Assembly (NCBI GenBank): GCA_016870475.1
Contig: VGBO01000003.1
Location: forward strand, 5,800 to 69,799
Reading direction: 5' to 3'
Origin: Actinomycetota bacterium
GTDB lineage: Bacteria; Actinomycetota; Acidimicrobiia; Acidimicrobiales; CAIXPF01
Length of the DNA stretch: 64,000 nt
Part shown: one piece after another, positions 40,039 through 49,768 of the stretch
Numbering within the stretch: position 1 is the first letter of the stretch
Layout: each line of letters begins with the position of its first letter
Position numbers and translations under genes: made by a program
The notes under the pieces: generated by a model
The model's input: only the letters and a program-made list of their open reading frames with translations
What the model was told of the DNA's origin: nothing
Database searches by the model: none

Positions 40039-43008
40039 ATGCGCGCCCCCGACGCCGGCCGGTCCGGTCCACGTCGCCGTCTGTCGCCGAAGGGCCGTGT
40101 CGGCCTGTCGGTGCTCGTGGCCACACTCGTCGTGTTGTTCCTCTCCCTCCGGGGGATCGCCGGCATCTACACCGATTTCCTCTGGTTCTCGAGCGTCGAT
40201 CTGTCGACGGTGTGGACCGGAATCCTCGGCGCTCGGTTCGCCCTCGGCGCGATCTTCACGGGTGCGTTCTTCGTGCTGCTCTGGGCGAACCTCCTGATCG
40301 CCGAACGGCTCGCCCCGCGGTTCCGGCCGATCGGACCCGAGGAGGAGCTCCTCGAGCGCTACCACGCCGTGGTCGGCAGACGGAAGGGCATCGTCCGAGC
40401 GGCGGTCGCCCTGCTGTTCGCACTCGTCGCCGGCGTCGGGGTTTCCGCGCAGTGGGAGTCGTGGCTGCTCTTCACGAACCGCACGGAGTTCGGGGTCACC
40501 GACCCGCTCTTCGGTCTCGACATCGGCTTCTACGTCTTCCAGTTGCCGTTCCTGAGCTTCCTCGTGGACTGGCTGTTCGCAGCGTTCATGATCGTGCTCA
40601 TCGTGACGGTCGCAGCGCATTACCTGAACGGCGGGATCCGCGTCCAGGTGCCAGGGCAGCGGGTCACGGCCCAGGTGAAGGCCCACGTCTCGGTCCTGCT
40701 CGGCATGTTGGCGCTCGTGCGCGCCGGAGGGTACCTGCTCGCCCGCTACGAGCTGACGGTCTCCCAGCGCGGCGTCGTCGACGGCGCGAGCTACACCGAC
40801 GTGAACGCGCAGCTCCCTGCGCTGAACCTCCTGGTGCTGATCTCGCTGTTCAGCTTCGTGTTGCTGCTGTTCAACATCAAGCGACGCGGTTGGGCGCTCC
40901 CGGTGGTGGGTGTCGGCCTTTGGTTGCTGTCCTCCGTTGTCGTCGGGACGACCTACCCGTGGTTCGTGCAGCGGTTCCTCGTGGAGGCGCGGGGCGAGTC
41001 GGCGAAAGAGCAACCGTTCATCGAACGGAACATCGTCGCGACGCGTGACGCGTACGGTCTCGCGGACGTCGACGAGGTCGACTTCCCCGGGAGTGGGCAG
41101 GTCGCCACATCCGACGTGGAGGACGCTTCGGAGATCGGGGTGTTCCGCAACGTGCGCCTCGTCGACCCCGATCTCGCATCTCGGGTGTTGAACCGCCGAC
41201 AGGCCAAGTTCGGCTACTACGAGTTCCCCGACACGCTCGACGTCGACCGGTACCTGATCGACGGTGTCTCCACGCTCTCGCTGATCGGGAGTCGGGAGCT
41301 GAACCCGGCGGGGATCCCCCAGCAGTCGTGGGAGGGGCAGCGGCTCATCTACACCCAGGGGTACGGGGTCGTCGTCTCCCCGCTCGGGGAGTCGGTGAAC
41401 GGCGAGCCGTCGTACACGATCGGTGATGTCACCCCTCCGCCGATCTCGGACCGCTCGGGGCGGAGCGACCTCACCGTCGACCAACCCCGGCTCTACTTCT
41501 CCGAGTCGAGTGCCGGCTACGCGGTCGTGACCACCACCCGCGACGAGATCGCCTTCGAGGGTGACCGGTTCTCCTACGACGGATCGGGCGGTGTGCAGCT
41601 CGGGTCGATCCTCCGTCGCGGAGCGTTCGCGCTGCGGTTCGGCGAGTTCAACCTGTTCGCGTCGGGGTTCGTGACGCCGCAGAGCCGCATCCTGTACCAC
41701 CGCGAGGTCCGGGAGCGGGCTGAGAAGCTCGCACCGTTCGTGCGGTTCGACGGGAACCCGTACCCGGTCGTGGCCGACGGTCGGATCGTCTACGTGATCG
41801 ACGGGTACACGACGACGGACCGCTATCCCTATGCGCAGGTCACCCGGGCCGACAACGTGACCGATGCCGGTGGGCTGCGCAGTCGGTTCAACTACGTGCG
41901 CAATTCGGTCAAGGCGGTCGTCGATGCCTATGACGGTTCGGTCGACCTCTATCTCGTCCCCGGCGCCGACGGGCAGGTCGAGCCGATCGCCCGGGCGTAC
42001 GCATCGGCGTTCCCCGATCTCTTCCGTCCCCTCGCCGACATGCCCGAGTCGATCCGGGACCACCTCCGCCATCCCGAGGACCTGTTCACGGTGCAGACGG
42101 CGATGTTCGCCACGTACCACGTGACCGACGCGGCGAGCTTCTACAACCGGACCGGCCGCTGGGTCGTCGCCCCGGCGCCGATCACGGACGTGTCCGATCG
42201 CACGGTGGCGGCCCCGCCCCCGACGACGTTGCTCGGCGACGCCGTCTTCAGCGGCGTGGCGACCTCGACCCCCAGGGTGGCGCCGCAGTACCAGCTCGTC
42301 CGACTCCCCGGCGAGGACGAACTCTCATTCTCGCTGCTGCGGCCGTTCGTGCCGGTCTCCGAGCGGGGTGCGCGCGAGGAGATGACGGCCTTCATGGCGG
42401 CGAAGCCGGACGGTTCGCTCGTGGTGTACCGCCTGCAGTCCACCGACGCGCCGGGGCCGTCGCTCCTGACCTCGAGGATCCTCTCCGATACCGAGATCAG
42501 TCAGCGGATCACCCTCCTCGGGAGCACCGGCTCGCAGGTCCTGCTCGGCAACCGGGTCCTGCTCCCGGTCGGTGATGCGCTCGTCTGGGTGACCCCGATG
42601 TACGTGAGCGCCGCGTCGGCATCGGCGAGCGTGCCGGTGCTGACGGAGGTGATCGTGACCGTGGGGACCACGATGGTGATGGCGCCGACGTTCGACGAGG
42701 CGTTGCGTGAGGCGTTCGGGGCGAACGTCGACATCGACACCCTGACGGGTACGGCACCGAACGCTGCGGCACCCGCCGCCGGCACCGGGAACGTGGGAAC
42801 CACGCCTGCACCGACGACCACGACCGTGCGGTCGTCGGGTGCGACGACCACGGTGCCCGGCACGACGATCACCGACGCGCAGGCGTTGCAGCAGGCAGCC
42901 GTGCTCCTCGAGGAGGCGGACGCAGCGCTGCTGCGCGGCGATCTGGCGACCTACCAGCGCAAGGTGAACGAGGCTCGGGCACTGCTCGCGACCAAGACGA
43001 CGCGCTAG
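40039..43008 (+). CDS. UPF0182 family membrane protein
   Basis: ORF track 989 aa. N-terminal multi-TM region with YTDFLWFSSVD and FGLDIGFYVFQLPF, and a large extracytoplasmic domain. Length and motifs match the family. Confidence 0.85.
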   Translation: MRAPDAGRSGPRRRLSPKGRVGLSVLVATLVVLFLSLRGIAGIYTDFLWFSSVDLSTVWTGILGARFALGAIFTGAFFVLLWANLLIAERLAPRFRPIGPEEELLERYHAVVGRRKGIVRAAVALLFALVAGVGVSAQWESWLLFTNRTEFGVTDPLFGLDIGFYVFQLPFLSFLVDWLFAAFMIVLIVTVAAHYLNGGIRVQVPGQRVTAQVKAHVSVLLGMLALVRAGGYLLARYELTVSQRGVVDGASYTDVNAQLPALNLLVLISLFSFVLLLFNIKRRGWALPVVGVGLWLLSSVVVGTTYPWFVQRFLVEARGESAKEQPFIERNIVATRDAYGLADVDEVDFPGSGQVATSDVEDASEIGVFRNVRLVDPDLASRVLNRRQAKFGYYEFPDTLDVDRYLIDGVSTLSLIGSRELNPAGIPQQSWEGQRLIYTQGYGVVVSPLGESVNGEPSYTIGDVTPPPISDRSGRSDLTVDQPRLYFSESSAGYAVVTTTRDEIAFEGDRFSYDGSGGVQLGSILRRGAFALRFGEFNLFASGFVTPQSRILYHREVRERAEKLAPFVRFDGNPYPVVADGRIVYVIDGYTTTDRYPYAQVTRADNVTDAGGLRSRFNYVRNSVKAVVDAYDGSVDLYLVPGADGQVEPIARAYASAFPDLFRPLADMPESIRDHLRHPEDLFTVQTAMFATYHVTDAASFYNRTGRWVVAPAPITDVSDRTVAAPPPTTLLGDAVFSGVATSTPRVAPQYQLVRLPGEDELSFSLLRPFVPVSERGAREEMTAFMAAKPDGSLVVYRLQSTDAPGPSLLTSRILSDTEISQRITLLGSTGSQVLLGNRVLLPVGDALVWVTPMYVSAASASASVPVLTEVIVTVGTTMVMAPTFDEALREAFGANVDIDTLTGTAPNAAAPAAGTGNVGTTPAPTTTTVRSSGATTTVPGTTITDAQALQQAAVLLEEADAALLRGDLATYQRKVNEARALLATKTTR

Positions 43009-43052
43009 GCGCCGGGTAATGTCGTCTCGACGACGCAGGGGGGGGCGACGAC

Positions 43053-44975
43053 ATGACGGTGATCGACGAATCCAGCTACGCCGAGGCGCTCGAATCGGCG
43101 AACATCCCGACGCTGCTGATGGTGCTCGTGCAACTCACCGGTGAGACGCACTGGCTCAAGGCGCCGTACGCGCCGAAGCGGGCGACCGGGCTGGGCGACA
43201 ACGATTCCGGTGGCCTGTCGCCGGAGTTGCAGCGGGAGGTCCGCGACGCAGCCCTCGAGGCGATCGTCGCCTGGAAGCAGGGCCGCCCGATGGCGATCCC
43301 CACGCCGTCGAACGAGCTGTTCGTGCGCATGCTGAGCGTGTCGATGGCCGAGGCGGTGCCGGAGGAGTACGGGGAATTCACCGCTGCGCAGTTCGGAGCG
43401 GTGAAGTTCCTCGACCACGAGCGGTATCCGGTGCCGGAGGGCTTCAAGGTCTTCATCATCGGCGCCGGGGTGTCGGGCCTCTGCGCGGCGATCAACCTCG
43501 AGATGGCCGGGGTCCCCTTCGAGATCGTGGAACGGCATCCGACCGTCGGTGGCGTGTGGTGGGAGAACCGCTACCCGGGCGCCGGCGTCGACACGCCGAA
43601 CCACCTCTACTCGTTCTCCTTCGCGCCGTACGACTGGAAGAACTACTTCTGCCTGCGCGACGAACTGCACGGCTACCTCGAGCACGTCGCCGACGAGTTC
43701 GACGTGCGCCGTCACATCGAGTTCTCCACGACCGTGACCCGCATCGAGTACCAGGCCGCCCGGCAGATGTGGCGGATCGAGACGACGGACGCGAACGGTG
43801 CGGTGCGCACCCGTGAGGCGAACGTCGTGCTGAGCGCGGCGGGGTTGTTCAACCCGCCGGTCGAGCCCGACATCCCCGGCCTCGACGGCTGGACGGGCGA
43901 GAAGTGGCACACGGCGCGCTGGCCCGCCGACGCGTCGGTGCAGGGCAAGCGGGTTGCGATCATCGGGAACGGGGCGAGCTGCATGCAGACCGCACCGGAG
44001 ATCCAGCACGACGTGGAATCGCTCACGATCTACCAGCGGTCGAACCACTGGGCGGCACCGTTCGAGCGGTTCCGGCAGGTCGTGCCGGAAGGTCTGCGGT
44101 TCCTGTTCCAGGAGGTGCCGCTCTACCGGGCGTGGTACCGGACCCGCCTCGGTTGGACGTTCAACGACCGCATCCACTCGGTGCTGCACAAGGACCCGGA
44201 CTGGGAGCACCCGGACCGTTCGCTGAACGCCACCAACGACGCACACCGGGCGTACTTCACGCAGTACGTGATCGATGAGCTCGGCGAGCGGGTCGACGAG
44301 CTGCTCCCGAAGGTGCTGCCGACGTATCCGCCGTTCGGCAAGCGCATGTTGATGGACAACGGCTGGTACCGGATGCTGAGCCGGAACCCGAAGGTCGATC
44401 TCGTCACCGACCGGGTCGCGCGGGTCGAGGGGAACCGCGTCATCGCCGAGGACGGCACCGAACGTGAGGCCGACGTGCTGGTGCTCGCCACCGGGTTCGA
44501 CGTGCTGCGGCTCATCAACACCTACGAGGTGGTCGGCAAGTCGGGCGTGTCGCTGCGCGACGCGTGGGAGGACGACGACTGCCAGGCGTACCTCGGCACC
44601 GTCGTGCCGGATTTCCCGAACTTCTTCATGCTCTACGGCCCGAACCTGCAGCCCGGCCACGGCGGCAGCCTGATCTTCGTCGTGGAGATGCAGGTCCGCT
44701 ACATCATGGACATGATCCGCACGATGGTGGAACGGGGCATCGGCGAGGTCGATGTCCGCCGCGACGTCCACGAGCAGTACAACGCCGACATCGCCGAGCG
44801 CCACACGCAGATGGTGTGGTCGCACCCGGGTATGTCGACCTACTACCGGAACGGTCGTGGACGGATCACGATCAACTCGCCGTACCGGAACGTCGACTTC
44901 TACGAGATGACCAAGCGCGTCGACCTCGACGACTACACGACGGAACCGTCGGCGCAGCACGCACTGGTCGGCTGA
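43053..44975 (+). CDS. Baeyer-Villiger-type flavin monooxygenase (HAPMO-like, with N-terminal extension)
   Basis: ORF track 640 aa. FAD motif IIGAGVSGL, GGVWWENRYPG, BVMO fingerprint variant WTGEKWHTARWP and a second Rossmann motif VAIIGNGASC. Confidence 0.85.
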   Translation: MTVIDESSYAEALESANIPTLLMVLVQLTGETHWLKAPYAPKRATGLGDNDSGGLSPELQREVRDAALEAIVAWKQGRPMAIPTPSNELFVRMLSVSMAEAVPEEYGEFTAAQFGAVKFLDHERYPVPEGFKVFIIGAGVSGLCAAINLEMAGVPFEIVERHPTVGGVWWENRYPGAGVDTPNHLYSFSFAPYDWKNYFCLRDELHGYLEHVADEFDVRRHIEFSTTVTRIEYQAARQMWRIETTDANGAVRTREANVVLSAAGLFNPPVEPDIPGLDGWTGEKWHTARWPADASVQGKRVAIIGNGASCMQTAPEIQHDVESLTIYQRSNHWAAPFERFRQVVPEGLRFLFQEVPLYRAWYRTRLGWTFNDRIHSVLHKDPDWEHPDRSLNATNDAHRAYFTQYVIDELGERVDELLPKVLPTYPPFGKRMLMDNGWYRMLSRNPKVDLVTDRVARVEGNRVIAEDGTEREADVLVLATGFDVLRLINTYEVVGKSGVSLRDAWEDDDCQAYLGTVVPDFPNFFMLYGPNLQPGHGGSLIFVVEMQVRYIMDMIRTMVERGIGEVDVRRDVHEQYNADIAERHTQMVWSHPGMSTYYRNGRGRITINSPYRNVDFYEMTKRVDLDDYTTEPSAQHALVG

Positions 44976-44976
44976 G

Positions 44977-46422
44977 GTGCGACGGCACGCCGTCCGCCGC
45001 CGGACCCTCGCTGTCGTCGCCGGGCTCGCCGCGCTGTGCGGCATCGTCACGGCGGCGCCTGCGGCGACGGCCGGGTAGACCGGTGCGCCGCTGGCGTGGG
45101 TGCAGTTCGGCGGGGCCGACTCGGATATCGGGCGGACCGTCGTACCGCTGCCCGACGGCGGGCTCGTGGCCGGTGGGTTCTTCGGGTCGACGATCACGTT
45201 CGGGTCGACGACGCTGACCTCGGCCGGCTCCGACGACGCGTTCATCACCCGCCTCGACGCGTCGGGCGACGTGGTGTGGGCGATCGGCTTCGGCGGGACG
45301 TCGAGTGACCTGGTGGCCGACCTCGCGGTCGACGCCTCCGGAGCGATCACCGCGGTCGGGTTCTTCGGCAATTCGCTCACGATCGGCTCGACGACGCTCA
45401 CGTCGGCCGGCTCGCGTGACGGGTTCGTCGCCCGGTTCGATGCGAACGGGAACGCCCAGTGGGCGCTTCGCTTCGGCGGTACCGCCGTGGATTCGGCGCT
45501 CAGTGTCGTCCCAGCGGCGAATGGCGACGTGATCGTCGGCGGCTTCGTTGACAATGCAGCGACGTTCGCCTCGAGTGTCAGCGTGCCCGTCGGAGCGGGT
45601 CAGGGGAGCCGGGACCTCATCGTCGTCCGGCTCACGTCGGCCGGCGGAATCGTGTTCCTCGAACGCCTCGGCGGCACGGGCATCGACGGGTTCGGTGGCC
45701 TCGACATCGGACCGTCGGAGGAGGTTTTCGTCGGAGGGAACTTCGCGTCGCCGACCGTCGCGATCGGGTCGTCGACGCTCGTGAACGTCGGGAACATCGA
45801 TTTGCTGCTCGCCAAGCTCGGTGCCGACGGCGTGCCGTTGTGGGCGACCTCGTGCGGTGGTGCGGGTGCCGACGGCCTGCTCGACGTGACCGTCGACGGA
45901 GCGGGTGGTGTGTACCTGTTCGGCGAGGTCGAGGGTGCGGCCGTGTGTGGCGCCGGTGCGGTGGGAACGCCGCAGGGCGGTGCCGACCTGCTGGTGGCCC
46001 GCGTCGACGGGAACGGCACGGTGACGTGGGCGCAGCGCCACGGCGGCGCACTCGACGAGGCCGCACGCCAGTCAGCCCGTGGCCCGGACGGCGGGTTGGT
46101 GCTTGCCGGGGCGACCGACATCGCAGGGTCCGGTACGGGCGATGCGTTCCTCGTCGCCGTCGGTCCGGATGGGACGCTCCGGTGGACGGGAACGATGGGC
46201 GGCTCGGGCTACGACATCGCCCAGGGCGTTGCCATCGACGCCGAGGGCTATGTCTTCGTGACGCTCCGCTTCGAGGGCGGCGACCTCGATCCGGGAACCG
46301 CCGATCTGCAGGTCACGACCGCTGGACTGTCGGACGTGGTGGTTGTGACTCTCACCCCCGACGGGTCGCTGGCACCCATCGTCCGTCCTCGGCCGCCGGT
46401 CGCACCCGCCTACACGGGCTGA
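44977..46422 (+). pseudogene. Secreted SBBP-type beta-propeller repeat protein, interrupted by an in-frame TAG at 45076-45078
   Basis: GTG at 44977 encodes VRRHAVRRRTLAVVAGLAALCGIVTAAPAATAG (signal peptide), then TAG. The same frame continues TGAPLAWVQFGGADSDIGRTV into track ORF 45100..46422. That ORF has repeated G-x-D-x-G / VTxxGxF blocks. Confidence 0.6.
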
Positions 46423-46437
46423 TGGTCGATCCCGATG

Positions 46438-46466
46438 TTGTGACGCCCCCGGCGGTGGGGTAGGTT
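46438..46466 (+). promoter_or_regulatory. Putative promoter of the tRNA gene
   Basis: TTGTGA (46438-46443), a 17-nt spacer, then TAGGTT (46461-46466), ending 13 nt before tRNA position 1. Confidence 0.35.
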
Positions 46467-46479
46467 CTCGGTCTCACAC

Positions 46480-46556
<77 letters not shown>

Positions 46557-46569
46557 AGCAAAGAACCAG

Positions 46570-46609
46570 GTCAGAGGCCCTTTCCGGGAAGTCGGGAAGG
46601 GCCTCTGAC
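46570..46609 (+). terminator. Perfect 13-bp stem hairpin downstream of the tRNA
   Basis: GTCAGAGGCCCTT (46570-46582), a 14-nt loop, then AAGGGCCTCTGAC (46597-46609). There is no U-tract. Confidence 0.5.
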
Positions 46610-46697
46610 GTTCCGAAGGGGCCGGGATGGGAACAAAACGCGAACACGCCGTCGGAAACGTCATCCAGGGCCCCTGGAGCGCACCAGCGCCCACGGG

Positions 46698-46835
46698 AGG
46701 GACTGCCGCGCGAGGAGGGGACATCTGAGCTGGCTTGCCCGAGAGGGTGGCCTGGAAGGATGTTCCAATACCCAAGCCCTATCCGCAGGAGTTCCGCGAC
46801 GATGTCGTGAAGGTCGCTCGGCGTCGACCGGAGCG
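46698..46835 (+). mobile_element. Relic left end of an IS3-family-like element (copy X)
   Basis: Reads IPKPYPQEFRDDVVKVARRRPE from 46768, resembling the MPKPYPxEFRxDVV N-terminus of IS3-family OrfA, but with ATA in place of ATG and no continuation. The upstream about 70 nt are colinear with copy Y at 54739. Confidence 0.4.
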
Positions 46836-46932
46836 AGCATCGCTTCGAGTCGCTCGGCCTGCGCGGCCCACCGCCGGGAGGTCTCACCAGCCCAATCAGC
46901 ACTCGCCAAACCCGGCGCGCCATCGGACCCGG

Positions 46933-47196
46933 TCATCGGTGATCCCTGTGGTCGTGTTGCCGGTGGCTGCGGGTGGCGACGGGCCGCCCGGCGAGTTCGC
47001 CAACGGCGTGCAACACATGATCAGGCACCACGGCTCGCGGTGGGTCGACGTGCCCGGTCGCCGGGTCGATCACGATCGTCACGGCGCCGCGCCGGATGCG
47101 GACTCGCCCGTCGACGAGCAGCGTGAGAGTGTGTTCGACGCGACCTTGGCAGTCGAGCAACTCGGCGCCCGCAAGGTAACGATCGAGGTCACTCAT
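46933..47196 (-). CDS. Hypothetical protein with a His-rich C-terminus
   Basis: ORF track 87 aa ending SHRQHDHRDHR. Lies 129 nt downstream of palindrome copy A. No family recognised; it may be a relic. Confidence 0.3.
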   Translation of the reverse strand: MSDLDRYLAGAELLDCQGRVEHTLTLLVDGRVRIRRGAVTIVIDPATGHVDPPRAVVPDHVLHAVGELAGRPVATRSHRQHDHRDHR

Positions 47197-47324
47197 GTCG
47201 GCCGACCGCCTGATCGGGGGCGACGCACTCGGTCGCCCCGAACGAGATGTTCGATGCTTCCGGAGGTGGTCTCCAGGCGCGGCCCACGGTTGACATGCAA
47301 CGACATGGGCAGATTCTAGCTGCG

Positions 47325-47343
47325 AATCGGAACGATTCCTATC
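47325..47343. promoter_or_regulatory. Metal-cluster palindrome, copy A
   Basis: AATCGGAA CGA TTCCTATC. Confidence 0.4.
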
Positions 47344-47372
47344 GACCGGTCGGCGATCCGTGGAGCGTTTTG

Positions 47373-47828
47373 TCAGGAGGCGCAGTCGGCGCAGATCCCG
47401 ACGGCGTCGAGTCGGTGTCCGGTCGGCCGGAACCCGGTCTTACTGAGCGCCCTTTCGAGGGCCGCTGCGAGTGACCGCTCTGTGCTCGCCGGCACCACGA
47501 AATCGTCGATCGAACCGCACTCGATGCAGATGCTGTGGTGGTGGTGGCCGATGAGGTCCTCGTCAAGTTCGTAACGAGTGTGCTCATCGGTACCAATGAC
47601 CTTCTGCACGACACCGACAGCTTCGAGGTCGGCCATGTTCCGGTACATCGAGCTGAGTGTCAGCTTGGGTCGTTGCTCGACGAGTTCGGGCATGGTGGCC
47701 GGTCTGGACAGCCCAGCGAGCAGCCCGACGAGTTCCCGCCGTCCTTTGGTGAAGACGAGTCCGGCAGCGCGAACTCGTTGCTCCGCGAGCTGATGAAGTT
47801 CGCTCGTGTCGACGGCCATGCCGACCAT
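47373..47828 (-). CDS. Fur-family metalloregulator (Zur-like)
   Basis: ORF track 151 aa (alternative ATG at 47819). Winged-helix N-terminus, then HHHHSICIECG and CADC (a CxxC...CxxC structural site plus a His cluster). Confidence 0.85.
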   Translation of the reverse strand: MVGMAVDTSELHQLAEQRVRAAGLVFTKGRRELVGLLAGLSRPATMPELVEQRPKLTLSSMYRNMADLEAVGVVQKVIGTDEHTRYELDEDLIGHHHHSICIECGSIDDFVVPASTERSLAAALERALSKTGFRPTGHRLDAVGICADCAS

Positions 47829-47852
47829 GATACGCCGGTGTCAACGATTTTG

Positions 47853-47871
47853 AATCGGAACGAGTCCGATC
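47853..47871. promoter_or_regulatory. Metal-cluster palindrome, copy B
   Basis: AATCGGAA CGA GTCCGATC, 25 nt upstream of the Fur-family gene ATG at 47828. Confidence 0.45.
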
Positions 47872-48031
47872 TCACGCCCAGGTTGGTGGCATCGAAAGCG
47901 GTGACGGGACCAGGTTATGACGAGTTCGCCGAGGACCTGGTCGGGGTGATGCCGATCGATCGGCAGCGATGCTTGCCGCCCGAAACGTCACGTGGTCGTA
48001 CTGGCGATCGGATCCGCCCAGGGGCACCGGT

Positions 48032-48953
48032 TCAGACCGAGGCGGAGAATGCTGTCGCGGTGCACGTGATGGTGAAGCCGAGTCGCTCGTACAGCCCGAG
48101 AGCGGAGGTGTTCGCAGCATCGACGAACAACATGGCCCGCTCGATCCAGCGGTCACGAAGGGACCGCAGGCCGGCCTCGGCCAGGGAGCGACCCACACCG
48201 CGGCCGTGATGGGTTGGCCTCACCGCGAGGACGTAGATCTCGCCGATCGGCGAGCTTGGCGAGCGGTGAACCTTCGTCCAACAGAATCCGAGCATGGTGC
48301 CGCAGTCGTCGACGTGAAGCAGCAGCCCGGTCGGATCGAACCAATCGCTGGCGAAGCCAGCCTCGAGTGACGCGTGTGTTCAGTTGCCCTGGTCGGAATG
48401 ACGCTCGAAGGCCAGGTTGTTCACCTCGAGGAGTGCTGATTCGTCGACGCCTGCCACGAACTCGCGGGTGGGGAGCGTTGGGCGCGTCGGGGCGGCGCCG
48501 AGTTGCGTCTGCATCTGGTGCAACTGACGCGTTGGCAGCAAGCCATGTCGTTCGGCGGTCGCCCGATCGGTGGCGGTGGCCTCGTGACACCACCACCGCA
48601 CGCTCCGGGCGTTGCGCGCGGACCCACTCGATAGCAGCGCCACACGCGGTGTCGAGAATGCGGGCACGATCGGCGCGGCTGTGAGGATCGACTGCGATGT
48701 CGAGGGTCTAGGTGGTGGAAGGTTCCGCCGTGGGAGTCGCCTGTGCGTATGCCGCAGGGTTCAGCGATCGATCGAGAACGGCGAGCGCTCGTGCGATGAG
48801 CGTCCGATGAGTGGCTGCGCTCAACGCGTGGTCACTGAGCGGGGGTCGGCCATCGACGTCCTGGCATCGATCGAGCAGCTCGCGAACCGACGACCGGCTG
48901 ATCGCGTCGAATGCGTCGATGTCGATGACCGAGTACGGCGATGGCGCGGTCAT
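48032..48953 (-). pseudogene. mshD: Mycothiol synthase (MshD)-like GNAT acetyltransferase, disrupted
   Basis: Three collinear pieces. (1) 48953-48711 MTAPSPYSVIDIDAFDAISRSSVRELLDRCQDVDGRPPLSDH..., then an in-frame TAG at 48708. (2) LDIAVDPHSR..., with a frameshift near 48610-48650 into ...VRWWCHEATATDRATAERHGLLPTRQLHQMQ...LLEVNNLAFERHSDQGN, then a TGA at 48380. (3) THASLEAGFASDWFDPTGLLL...MLGFCWTKVH...GEIYVLAVRPTHHGRGVGRSL. Confidence 0.7.
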
Positions 48954-49768
48954 GTGCGTCGGCGCAAGGTCGTCACGGTGGCGACTGCGAAGCAGGCCAC
49001 GGTGACCAGCGCAATGGTCGGGCCGGGCGGGGTGGCGAGGTGATAGCTGGCGGTGAGACCAACGAGCGCGGAGAGCACTCCGATTGCGATCGCGACTGCG
49101 GTCATGGTCTCGATTCGCTGCGTCAGGAGGCGTGCGGTCGCCGCTGGGGTGATGAGCATCGCAACGCTCATCAGCAGCCCGACGGTGCCGAGACTGACGA
49201 CGACGGTGATGGAGATCAGCACGATCAGCACGAGCCGTAGCGGACCAACCGGGATGCCCACCTGACGGGCGTGGCCGGCGTCGAAGGTGACGTTGCGCAG
49301 ATCGGAGAACGTGAATGCAACGATGCACAAAGCCACGGCCGTCAACCCGCTGTTGACGATGATGTCGCTGCGTGTCGTGGTGACGATCTGGCCGAGCAGG
49401 AAGTGGGTGAGGTCGACGCCGATGCGGTCGTTGCGCGAGATCAGGATGAGGCCTGTTGCGAACATCAGCGTCTCGGCCACTCCGATGGCGCTGTCGTGTC
49501 CGAGTCGTCGCTGCCTGTCGAACAAGGCGACCAGGAGCCCCATGGTCACTCCCGCTGCGAGCGCGCCGACGGTGATGCTGATGCCGGTGAGGTAGGCGCC
49601 GGCGACACCAGCGAGGATTCCGTGGCTCATTGCGTCGCCGAGGTAGGCGAGGCGCCGCAGGACGACCCACACGCCGATGGTGGGGGCGAGCACGCCGATG
49701 AGTAGTGCGGTGATTGCCGCGTGCTGCATGAATTGGGTCCGGTAGGGGTCGGTGAACCAGTCGATCAT
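48950..49768 (-). CDS. Metal (Zn/Mn) ABC transporter permease, ZnuB/TroC-like
   Basis: ATG at 49768 overlaps the ATPase stop (ATGA). MIDWFTDPYRTQFMQHAAITALLIG...LAYLGDAMSHGILAGVAGAY. 272 aa, polytopic. Confidence 0.85.
   Translation of the reverse strand: MIDWFTDPYRTQFMQHAAITALLIGVLAPTIGVWVVLRRLAYLGDAMSHGILAGVAGAYLTGISITVGALAAGVTMGLLVALFDRQRRLGHDSAIGVAETLMFATGLILISRNDRIGVDLTHFLLGQIVTTTRSDIIVNSGLTAVALCIVAFTFSDLRNVTFDAGHARQVGIPVGPLRLVLIVLISITVVVSLGTVGLLMSVAMLITPAATARLLTQRIETMTAVAIAIGVLSALVGLTASYHLATPPGPTIALVTVACFAVATVTTLRRRT

Noticed and set aside
47838-47851. A perfect TTGACA (reverse strand) between palindrome copy B and the Fur-family gene start, considered as a -35 box.
   Set aside because: The only plausible -10-like hexamer (TATCAT) is 6 nt away, which is incompatible spacing. 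The promoter cannot be assigned from sequence alone.
48380-48382. TGA sitting exactly at the conserved Trp of MshD, plus a second in-frame TGA at 57423, as a hint of TGA-to-Trp recoding.
   Set aside because: TGA is the genuine terminator of many well-defined genes in this window (mdh, ppk1, pstS, phoU, moaE, mreB and others). The same relic gene also has a TAG and a frameshift. Ordinary pseudogenisation explains it.
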